Below, piece after piece: positions 28,301-37,300 of a stretch of DNA of 64,000 nucleotides (the first letter of the stretch is position 1; the number at the start of each line of letters is the position of its first letter). Origin of the DNA: an uncultured virus (IMG/VR IMGVR_UViG_3300010002_000006) (taxonomy: Duplodnaviria; Heunggongvirae; Uroviricota; Caudoviricetes); IMG/VR virus record IMGVR_UViG_3300010002_000006, positions 186,001 to 250,000 of that record; one strand, 5' to 3'. The translations under genes were made by a program, and so were the position numbers. Below the pieces are notes generated by a model. That model saw only the letters and a program-made list of their open reading frames with translations, did not search any database and was not told the DNA's origin.

Positions 28301-29739
28301 CGATAACTGTTGGCCGCATTGAGGTAGTACTCCGCTTCACGGGTGGTGATCTGTCCAGTTTTAGACAGTTCACGTAACTCACGCTCAATGGCTGAGATTG
28401 GAGTAACCGTACGGCTCGGCGCTACCGTAACCGATTCAACCGTTACCTTTTCAAAGAGATCGTCGGATACATCTTGTCCCCAGGTACTTTCGTCAGATGG
28501 TTGTCCTTCTTCCTCCGGTCCATCTCCAGGCTGCTGATGTGTTTCAGGATCAGGCGCTTTTCCCGGATCTCGCTGGGTGTTATCCGGTACAGAATCATTT
28601 CTTTTAGGGCGGGCGTAAAGATCAGCGAGAGAACTAGGCCCACTAAGATCATCCACAGTGGAATCGACGCCAGGAATCCCTTGGGTCTTTTGTTCATGTT
28701 TCTTGGTTCCGGATACTGGCGAATTGCGATTATCCTCATCCGCTTCTTCAGCAACCTCCGTTTCTTCTTCTGCAGCGATAACCGCCTCATTAACAGGAGA
28801 AACAAGGTTAATAAGATTAAGATAAAACCGCTTAAAATAATTAACTTTAAGAGAGCTTGGTTTGACATCACCTGGCTTATCCGAATAGCCGATCAAATTG
28901 ATCAGGTTTTGCAGGTTAACAATCCAGCACTTTCCACCGTAGGTAAAGATGATCTCAAGCTGACGCCGTGAATCATCATTGAGGCGATTGAACTGAGAGA
29001 ACTGCTCAGCACCATACCCCATCAAGATACCGTACAGGTCCAGTAACCAGAAAGATTGTTCCGCCTGAAAATGTTGAAGAATACGTCGCTCGTATTTAAC
29101 GATTTGGCCGTCAGCGTTGAAGAACTTCTTGTACTGCTCAAACGCGAGGTCCAGTACCTTAAATGTCGGGAACGTGCGAGGGAGTTGGAACTCCACGAAT
29201 TGATGACGATTAAACTTACTGAACTCATTGACCGAATCGATCAAGGTGTACAGTCGGTTATAGGTTTGCTGGAACGGAGTAAACACCGTACGGCGAGTGT
29301 AAGTAATTGGGATCTCACCAATCGCCAGGTTGTTGATCAACAGCTCACTGTCTTTGTTGATCACACTCGGGTAGTTACGGGTACGCTGGTAAATAAAGTG
29401 CGACCCTTCATACGCTTTCATCAGTGCGCTGAACTGCACCGGTTGATTACGAATCGACCCCAACACCACTTCATGCTTCAGGTTAAAGAAGATGTTGATG
29501 CGTTTATCGTAGTTGCTAATAAACGGCGAGTTGTTGGTAGGGCCCACTTCAGCCGGTTGATGTTGCTGATAGTGAATCATCGATTCGCGTGGCAGCATGA
29601 TATCCCCGATCGGTGTATACCGGGGATTGGTTACATCGTTGATGCGTTCGCGCGTTCCGTAGAGTCGCACAAACATGTCGTACTGTAACGCTTCATTCCC
29701 GGCAATAGCAAAGACGTTAAAGGGAATATGATCTGTCAT
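25378..29739 (-). CDS. Virion RNA polymerase beta subunit, N-terminal part (phiKZ gp178-like)
   Basis: 1453 aa; GTFTING, SEAGKDSGKVG, DDTKRTMFSGVQQSQ, FEDSIAIS, DKFVVGNQMKG and LLNRM motifs. Confidence 0.9.
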   Translation of the reverse strand: MTDHIPFNVFAIAGNEALQYDMFVRLYGTRERINDVTNPRYTPIGDIMLPRESMIHYQQHQPAEVGPTNNSPFISNYDKRINIFFNLKHEVVLGSIRNQPVQFSALMKAYEGSHFIYQRTRNYPSVINKDSELLINNLAIGEIPITYTRRTVFTPFQQTYNRLYTLIDSVNEFSKFNRHQFVEFQLPRTFPTFKVLDLAFEQYKKFFNADGQIVKYERRILQHFQAEQSFWLLDLYGILMGYGAEQFSQFNRLNDDSRRQLEIIFTYGGKCWIVNLQNLINLIGYSDKPGDVKPSSLKVNYFKRFYLNLINLVSPVNEAVIAAEEETEVAEEADEDNRNSPVSGTKKHEQKTQGIPGVDSTVDDLSGPSSLADLYARPKRNDSVPDNTQRDPGKAPDPETHQQPGDGPEEEGQPSDESTWGQDVSDDLFEKVTVESVTVAPSRTVTPISAIERELRELSKTGQITTREAEYYLNAANSYREIDIGGRSLEEIANIKPEEMKLKDTPVSPDSITVRDKAALRSRTQELRDAYIESGMLDRNILEMILHVQNGKTALTHLDRETIITADSKYDVYTMKFQPIKGSPSTRRIRIPKVEKDGTFTINGVRSYAQLMRMELPVRKITPTKVSLTSYYDKKVMVERSTMKVDDYSSWLRKSIIERSYADKSVKVSLGGFKAPKDEVCYYYSILAARFSEISIGEYVFDFDTVKLVNGDRALAKLCTADSWLIGFQGESPILIDNAGLVTVDGAEKGYIEEILGLNVAKAPVPTATVNINGYKFPVIVVLCYWIGLSEVMKMLKVDYRTLDPNQRAMLSADEYLVNFADERMVLNRRDELSTLIMSGLRKLNGLHNFSRSDLDNPNVWFSLIGDPRVKPTHFKEMSMIFDMFIDPITARLLKEYKYPVVMDKLLVEAVKLMLSNESKHEIEISEQRLVGYERFSGHVYRELVKATRQYRNKPNNGKKTFDLNPEAVMMSIITDSSHQAAEEVNPVHQVKIGEEYTFGGTLGRSDQAMVRRTRGQLPNNAGIVSEAGKDSGKVGFIGYLTADAKITDLYGNVDVKQKGSTVGRGSVVMNLLYGTTKDDTKRTMFSGVQQSQVMAADNYEMNPLRTTYDSMLAYRTSELYSSVSKKAGKVVEISAYGMTVEYEDGTTGKFSLGYDVGKGAGEYHKHEKITDRAVGYQFEAGEILAYDRVFFDRDPIDPRRVVWRSGGNARIALWEDQFTFEDSIAISKNFAEKSTSPFLKPNEFTVEAAQSVKLHVKVGDEVEYDQILCDIQNPESAGFDFDDAEEFAGLDRLGIKQIKAKQSGVITKIEVTYNGDPEGWDESLRSLIKRQDGVRGKIAAYKELTAATGDVGGNTSIGKSKLYPETAVVVIYIDNKIKTTTADKFVVGNQMKGTVGFIYEHPMYTVDGRPVDIIFSLKSLLNRMVLSLRDKLVANEINNVYTVRMISKYGRY

Positions 29740-31358
29740 TGGGCGAGTCCGTTGGTTAATGATCGTAAAAGGAATTCGTGAGGTTCTTGTACAGGATCGT
29801 ACAGGAAGTCACCAGAGCCTGAAATATAGAAGTCCCGTTTACCAAACAGCGCCTCCACTTCACGAATGGAGTCTTCTGCCATGATGGAGTTCGCCGACAG
29901 CGCATCGCCGTCGAAGTCTGCCCCGGCCAATCCAATACGGATATTGGCTATGGACATCCCATCAAAGTAGCTGGGGTTCTTGCTGTAGGTGGGGAAGTAG
30001 TTATAGCGACCAATGATCGACTCACCATCAATGTCAAGCAGTGTACGCTCAGACGAGGTCGAGTTGGTTGGCATTACAAATACCCGGCTTGGGTAGATCG
30101 AACCGATACCGGTAATCGGGTAACGGGTGACCTGCAACATCTTCTTCTCGATTTCCGGGACACACTGCATATAGAAGAACTGCGTGTAGGTAATCGGACG
30201 AACTAACTTCTTGTTGAGATGTTCAGGCAGATCATCGATGTCATGCAACAGCATAACGTTCTTACCATCGTCGTACACCAAGCCCAGATAATGGCCGGCC
30301 ACTTTGATGTCACGGTTACGTAAGTTCGGACTCCCATAACCATTGAACATCGAGGTTAATCCGTCACTGGAGGTAAACTTATCAACCACGTTCGGGGCAA
30401 CATCTACATATACAGACCGCAGGGTTTTAGGATCAATCAGACGTGCCGTTGACATCCCGGAGGTAAAGACCTCATTCAGGAACCCATTGGTAAGCTGATG
30501 AATCGCCACCAAGCTAAAGCCCAACAGCGCCTGATGCAAACCGATGATGGTAGAGTTCGGATCACCAGTGATGTTGTTGTCCGCATTCTCAACCGACACC
30601 TTACGCGAGGTGATGACATTACGGGTCGCACCAAAGATCGCACGGCGAGACATGCGACGCTGCATGAAACCACGCTTACCTTCTTGCATATTAAAGAAGA
30701 AGTCGGCGATGTTGTTGAAGCTCTCCTGCAGACCCCAGCGAATACCGTCGTAGACCGGATCAGTGACATCGATGTTGCGGATGTTCAATGACTTGCTGCG
30801 GAAGATCAGCTTACGGTAGAGGTCGTTGACTTCATTCTCTGTGACACCGGTTGGATTGAATTCAATATCACGGATCCCCGCCGGAATCACAATCACCTTG
30901 GTGGACAACGCCTGTTCCCGGAAAAGATTCACCAGGTCGATCTTCTGTTTACGTTTAATCGATTCGTTCTGTTTTGGATCGAGTTGATTAAAGTGCGTCA
31001 TGAAGAAGGCGTAGCCCGTGTCCCCTTCCAGCAGGTTGGATTTTATGAAATCCTTCTCAACGGGATCCCAGGTAGCATATGCTTTACCTTTGATGATTTC
31101 GCCGTACAGACTCTTTAACTGGATCAGTGCTTTGAAATACGTTGGGTTAAAGATCGGAAGCGTGACATCTATATAGGAAAGCGTGGTATCACGCTCTGCT
31201 GTCCCCACACGACCAAAGATGTCGGTGGAATAAAGTCCCTTGTCGTTAAGGTTGTTAGTCTGACCTTCAAAGGCATCTGCAACCGTAACAGGCTTCATTA
31301 AAGACCAAGGCACTTTATTGGGATCCAATAAAGTAAAGTTAGTGGGTTTTCTGCTCAT
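29736..31358 (-). CDS. Virion RNA polymerase beta-prime subunit carrying the active site (phiKZ gp180-like)
   Basis: GLYSTDIFG, VIPAGIRD, TRYP and catalytic GADFDGD. Confidence 0.92.
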   Translation of the reverse strand: MSRKPTNFTLLDPNKVPWSLMKPVTVADAFEGQTNNLNDKGLYSTDIFGRVGTAERDTTLSYIDVTLPIFNPTYFKALIQLKSLYGEIIKGKAYATWDPVEKDFIKSNLLEGDTGYAFFMTHFNQLDPKQNESIKRKQKIDLVNLFREQALSTKVIVIPAGIRDIEFNPTGVTENEVNDLYRKLIFRSKSLNIRNIDVTDPVYDGIRWGLQESFNNIADFFFNMQEGKRGFMQRRMSRRAIFGATRNVITSRKVSVENADNNITGDPNSTIIGLHQALLGFSLVAIHQLTNGFLNEVFTSGMSTARLIDPKTLRSVYVDVAPNVVDKFTSSDGLTSMFNGYGSPNLRNRDIKVAGHYLGLVYDDGKNVMLLHDIDDLPEHLNKKLVRPITYTQFFYMQCVPEIEKKMLQVTRYPITGIGSIYPSRVFVMPTNSTSSERTLLDIDGESIIGRYNYFPTYSKNPSYFDGMSIANIRIGLAGADFDGDALSANSIMAEDSIREVEALFGKRDFYISGSGDFLYDPVQEPHEFLLRSLTNGLAQ

Positions 31359-31386
31359 CTCTGAGTTATCCTAAAGGGGTAAATTT

Positions 31387-34300
31387 ATGGCCGGTGATTA
31401 CGATATCGACCTCGACTGGGACAGTGATCCTTTCGGCGGCGATATGGACTTTGATATGGATTTCGATATGGATCCATTCAAAGGCAAAGGTTTCCTTCGA
31501 TCCATGGGATCCGGATTCCTAACAGGCGTGGGTGACGCTATCGGTGTTGGCGAAGCAGGTTCAGGTCGCACCTCTGCGCGCTTTAGAACACTGCGTACCC
31601 TGTTGCCCGATACCTTCACCAACGCACTCGATAAAGCTTATTTTTTAAACGACCGGTTGGACGAACTCAAGCAGGAGTTTAAAGAAGAAAATTACGAGTC
31701 AGTGAAATCCTTGCAAAACATTGCGTCCAAGCTTAGTGATAAGATGGGCGACAAGCTGCCAGGTTTCGTAAGTGGTGGACTAAACAATTTCAGTTCCAAA
31801 GATTTTTCACAGTGGGAACGATATGAGACACGTTCCGATCGTTTCAACGAACGCATCGACAGCACAACTGAAGATGACGTTGGTCACGCAGTAGACGGCT
31901 CAGAGGCATCTCAGTCCAGCATGTTCGCTTCGCTGGGTGAATCCCTCAATAGCATGACTGCGGCTGCCACAGGGGCCTTACAGGCGTCTATTGGTACCAG
32001 TAACCGTCAGCTTATCAATATTGAATCCAGCTTACGGGATTTGCTGAATTATCAACGTAATGTGGATGCCCGTCTTCAGCAGGCGCAGCTGAACATTGCG
32101 GCCCGCACCTATGTGGGCAATGCCAAGTTCTACAAGTTCATGGAAGCCGGCATGCATGCTGAAGTGGCGGAACTCAAGAAGATCACCAAGTATACCGGGA
32201 TGAGTGACTTCGAGAAGACCAGCACACTGACTGCCTCCAAAGACTACATGCGTAAGAAGATCTTCTCAACGATCGGCAACCGCATGGGTGGGATCACGGG
32301 ATTACTGCGCGACAAGTTCAGCAGTGAAAACCGCAAAGAAACCTACGGGGTCTTTGGTTCCCTGATTGGTAGTGTGAATGAAGCCATGGAAATGGGCGAA
32401 GGCAGTTTATCGCGTGGCATGGTAGGTAACATCCTCGGTAAAATGATGGGTGAAGTTGCTGTGGATAAACTTCCCTACTTCTTTAAACGTGGACCAGGTA
32501 AGAAGGCGCTGGATAAACTCGCCAAGGCGTATCCAGAACAGGCGGATTACATTAACGAACAGGTGAAGAAACTCACCGACATCGGTAATGTGGTTTCCTA
32601 CGCGTCGACGTCTGGTGCCGGTATGCTCAACTACATGGCGCAGAACTATCAGCCCATGGATGAGATGAAGTATGCGGATTACGACCATTACCTCTCTGAG
32701 CTTCCACCAGGAAAAACACCGTTACCCAAAGCGGTGTGGGCGGTAATGAACTCGGCGAGTAACCGCAGCAAAGAAGCCATCAACAAACTGATGAACGACA
32801 CCACCAAAGCGCGTGGTACGCAGTACACCTTAAAACGCCGTAACGTGAATGATCTCAACCAGCCCGGCATCTGGAAAGAGATGAACAACACCACGTTAAA
32901 CGAAGTGTTACCTGGCTTGATCTCCAAGACTAACCAGATTCTGGAGAAGATGCGGACCGGTGACGACAACGTTGAACAGGTGAACTACAACTACATGCGT
33001 GGTGAGTTCCAATCTGATTCCAAGCGTAAGATCTCGGTGCAGGCTGACCTGATGTCGCACGGTGAGTTTCAGCGTTATGCGAGTGCGTCATTGGAGTTGG
33101 TGGATTCAGTCGATCCCGACAAGACGTTGTCTGCCGGAACCCGTAAAGCATTTGCCTTACGTGTAGCCAAAGATATCGATGCCGAGATGGGCTTTAACCC
33201 GTACTACTACCTCGGTGAGATTGAGGGCATGAGCGCCAGCATGCAAAAAGAAGTGCATGCGGTGTTGAAACGTCACTTTGGCATCAGTACTGAAGATGTA
33301 GAAACTTACAAAACTTCAGACAGCTTTAGTCGCATGAAGCAGATGGCCAAGATGCCAACCGCAGAAGGGCGTGAACGTCTGAACTCGGTCTCGGCCAGTG
33401 CCGCTAACCTCAAAGCCAACTTCCCTAATGTCGCTGAACGTATCGACTTGTTACGCAATACCGGTAATGAGCAGATGCTGCGTGACCTTGGTGTGATCTA
33501 CACCGAAGATGGCAAAGACAAAGTAAACATTCAGGCGTTCCATGATCGCATCGGTCAGTACATGGATGACCCGAATAACCCACTGCTGCGTGGAGTGACA
33601 CCTAAAGACGCTCAACCCCTGCCAACACGTAATGGCTTTGGTAATGCTAATGGCGGCTCTTTTGGTCCAACACCTACGGTAACGTCAGATACGCCTGCTG
33701 TTGACACCATGGATAATGTCAATGAAACGCTGAAGCGCTTAAACGAACATTTAAGTAACACCAGTGTTCCGCAGAACCAAGGATTGGGTAATGCCGCTAA
33801 CGTTAACCTGGATGGAGTGACGTCTCTCTTAACCGAACTGCGTGACAGTAATGCCAGCCTGATGGCAAGCAATACCTCGATCGAAGGCTACATGCAACAG
33901 TTCGTGGAACTTGCCAAACAAGGCAAGCTGGTACTGGGTGAGGAAGACCCTAAACAGGAACGAGAAGGCGAAGCTGCCAAGAAGTCCTTTATGGATAAAG
34001 TCAAAGGCTTTATGCCAGCCGGTCTCGGTGGTAAAGGTCTGGACTGGATCACCAAAAGCAACCCGTTGGTATTGGGTGGACTTCTGGGCTCTGTGGCGTC
34101 TATGGCAACCGGTCATAATCCACTGGTTGGACTGGGTGTTGCCGGTGCAGGCTTAGCGATTAACGCGGGCTGGAGCATGTGGAAGAATCGTCAAGCAGGT
34201 GGGGCAGCAAGTGGGACTGAACCCAATGACGATGACGACATCCTGGATGAGAAAGGCGAGCCAATCTTAAAAGCTGCCAAACGCAAAGCCGGTGAGTATC

Positions 34301-37300
34301 TGGATGCTGCGACACGTCGGGTGATTAAAACCTGGAGCGATGTGCGGGGTCCTGTGATTGACATCACCACCCGTGCCATTGTGGGTGCCCGTGAACTGGC
34401 GGGTAAGATCTTTGGTCCCGATGGACGTGCGGTTGCCTTGCGTGGACTGCAGAGAGTGCGTGACGCTGCAGCCGGTGCCTGGAACATGGCAGATCCCCTG
34501 GGTCGGATTCGTGCCTTGATCGACTCTGGCAAGGACATGGTCTACCAACAGGACGTCTATATAAAGGGTAGCAAAGAGCCGGTACTGCGTGCAGTGAAGT
34601 TCAAAGCGGGTGAGTACTTTACCCGTGATGATGCCGGCAACTTCAAACCGATCAGTGGGTGGAATGAAATCGATGGTCCGGTCTACGATGAACAGGGTAA
34701 TCAACTGGTTAGCGAACTGGAATATCAGTCCGGTTTGGTCACGGCGGCAGGTGTGGCTGTACGCAATCTGGGCAGCGGTGTTGCTAACACAGTTGGCGCT
34801 GCAGCGGGGCTGGCTCGATCCGGACTCAATGCAGTACTGGGAAAATTTGGTTACAACCGTGATGCCGTACCTGATAACGGCACAGCAAGTGCTGCAGGAT
34901 CTGCTGGCGGTGGTTCGTCAGGTGTGGAACATCGTCTCGACCTGATTTACAAAATGCTCTCTGAACACTTTGGTATTCCCATGGAGACAGCAGGTCTCGG
35001 TGAAGCCGTACGTTCAGCTGCAACAGGGGGATCAGGCGGTATTCGTTTGGGCTCTCTGGAGTGGAAGAAAAAGAACGCCAAGGAAGAAGAGCAGCATAAA
35101 GTCAATCAAGCCATTATCGACATTGCTGAAAACACCAAAGGTATGGGTGATGGTGATGGTGAGAAAGGCGAGAGCACTGGGTTCTTTGGCAAGGTGAAAG
35201 ACCTGCTGATGGGCTTGGGTACCTTTGGCATGAAACTCATCAAGAACCCGATTGGAACCATTGGTGGATTGATCTTTGGCAGTCTCACGAATTCCGTGGG
35301 CCGTTTGGCCAAGATTGGCAGTGCCTTGTTCTCTGGTGTCTTGGGTGTTGCGTCTCCGATCTTTAAGCTCATGAAGTGGGGCTTTGGTAAGATGGCAGCA
35401 GGGCTCATGAATCGAGGTGGACGAGGTGGTCCAGGTCCTGAGTTGGGTGAAGGGGCAGGCAACAGCGAAGGTCGTCGAGGGTCTCGTCGTCGTGCAGGTG
35501 GCGCAGGTCGCCGTCGCATGGGACGTAAACTCGCAGGTGCAGGTAAAGGTGCGGCACTGGCTTATGCCGGTTACGAAGCCATGAACTGGATGTCAGGAAG
35601 TGATGACGAACCTGATTACGATAACGGCACCGAGAACATCGAAGCCGGAGAACGTGATGAGGCAACCGGTCGTTATAAAACGACATCTGACTCTGTGGTG
35701 GATACCGTTACCAACTGGTTACCGCAAGGCATGTTGGCCGACTCTCTGGTCACAGGCTTAGTGGGTCAAGAGAAGAAAGAAGAGCTCGATAACTTCGGCT
35801 TGTTCTGGACCAGTGATGGTTCCTTCTTTACCAGTCGTAAGAAGTGCGAAGAAGCCCAGGCTATTCTGGATGGCAAGTCACCGATTAAAGCACCACCGGC
35901 GATGCAGAAATCCAATACCGTGATCACCACACAGAAGAAAATTCGTATGGCGATGTACGGGGTACGTAACGTGGACAGTAACCTGGCCCGTCGTATCATG
36001 GCACTGGAACTTCAGCTCTATCCTTACGTAACCTTGCGCGATGGTCGTGCTGCCTTGAAACCAGAAACACCGACTGGCGAACTCATCAATAACTTTATCA
36101 ACAGCGGCATCAGTAAAGACGCAGATAAAGGCGCGGTACAGTCGTGGTTCATGAATCGCTTTAAACCGGTGTTCATGATCTTTAACGCGGCTGTGGCCAT
36201 GGGTAAGATGGGTGACATCGCTGACTTCGACAATGCCCGGTCATACGAAGTCGTACAGACAGTTGAGAAAGTGCAACGCGCTGTGGCGGAATACAACCCA
36301 CCTCCTTACTCTATCGATATGCGTATTGATGATAAAGAAGGAACCTTAGGTCCAGAAGACACCCGTGCTGTGATTGCTGGGTTGTTTGATGAACTGAAGA
36401 AAGCCTTCCCTGCACCACCAAGTAAAGTAGAAGACATCAAAGCAGCGGCTGTTGATACTGCGAAGAAAGAATCGGGTCAAACCCTTTCTGAAGCGATGTC
36501 TCTGCCAAGCATGGTGTCACAGGACGGTACCGCGGGTGAAGCAGCACGTTCTTCTCAGAGGGCGGTGAATCAGGATAACCAGAAACCAGCCGATGTTGCA
36601 ACCATTGATATCTCTGATCTCTTGGGTGACGGGAAAACTTTGGATGCCTTTACGCTGGCTCGTTTGGCGGTGTACGGTAACATTGAGAGCATGCCGTGGC
36701 GTGTAGAAGCTGTGTTACGTTTAGAGCGTTACATGGAAAGCTTCATCATGATCATGGGCAAAGACGCTCGCTTCACCGGTAAGTCAGGTGAAGTCATGGA
36801 GCAGTTCAAGGCGTCGTTCCGTTTACACAACACCTTCGCCAAGAACAACTGGGCTATCTGGTTCCGTGATCGTTTCCTGCCTGTGTTGATGATGTACTGT
36901 AAAGAAGTCTATACAGTACGTGGCGGGATGCCTGCGCGCAGCTGGAAAGCACTGAGTGCCACCAACAGGGCTGTGATTGCCCGTAAACTCACCACCCTTC
37001 TGGTCTCCACCAATGACACGCAAGTGCCAGTGTGGTCGATTGAAGCCGGTCCATTCCCTGGTACCACATCAGGGGTTTGGCCAGACCGTGCTGACAAGTA
37101 TCTGAAGATGCTGGACAGCAAGGCGCAGGAAGCCAAGCTTAAGGACCCAGAGTTAGAAGACGAGCGCAGCAAAGCGTCATCCGGTGTCAAGGATGAGATT
37201 GAGCAACGTGCACAGGCTGCCGCTACTGCCGGCGCCAGCGGTCCTGCTGATCAGAGTCGTTCTGTGTTGGAGTCAGTGTTTGGCAAGGGATCAACCGGAT

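Noticed and set aside
25378..31358. Introns or inteins in the RNAP genes
   Set aside because: Both ORFs are continuous and of expected size; no intein terminal motifs or homing endonuclease signature seen
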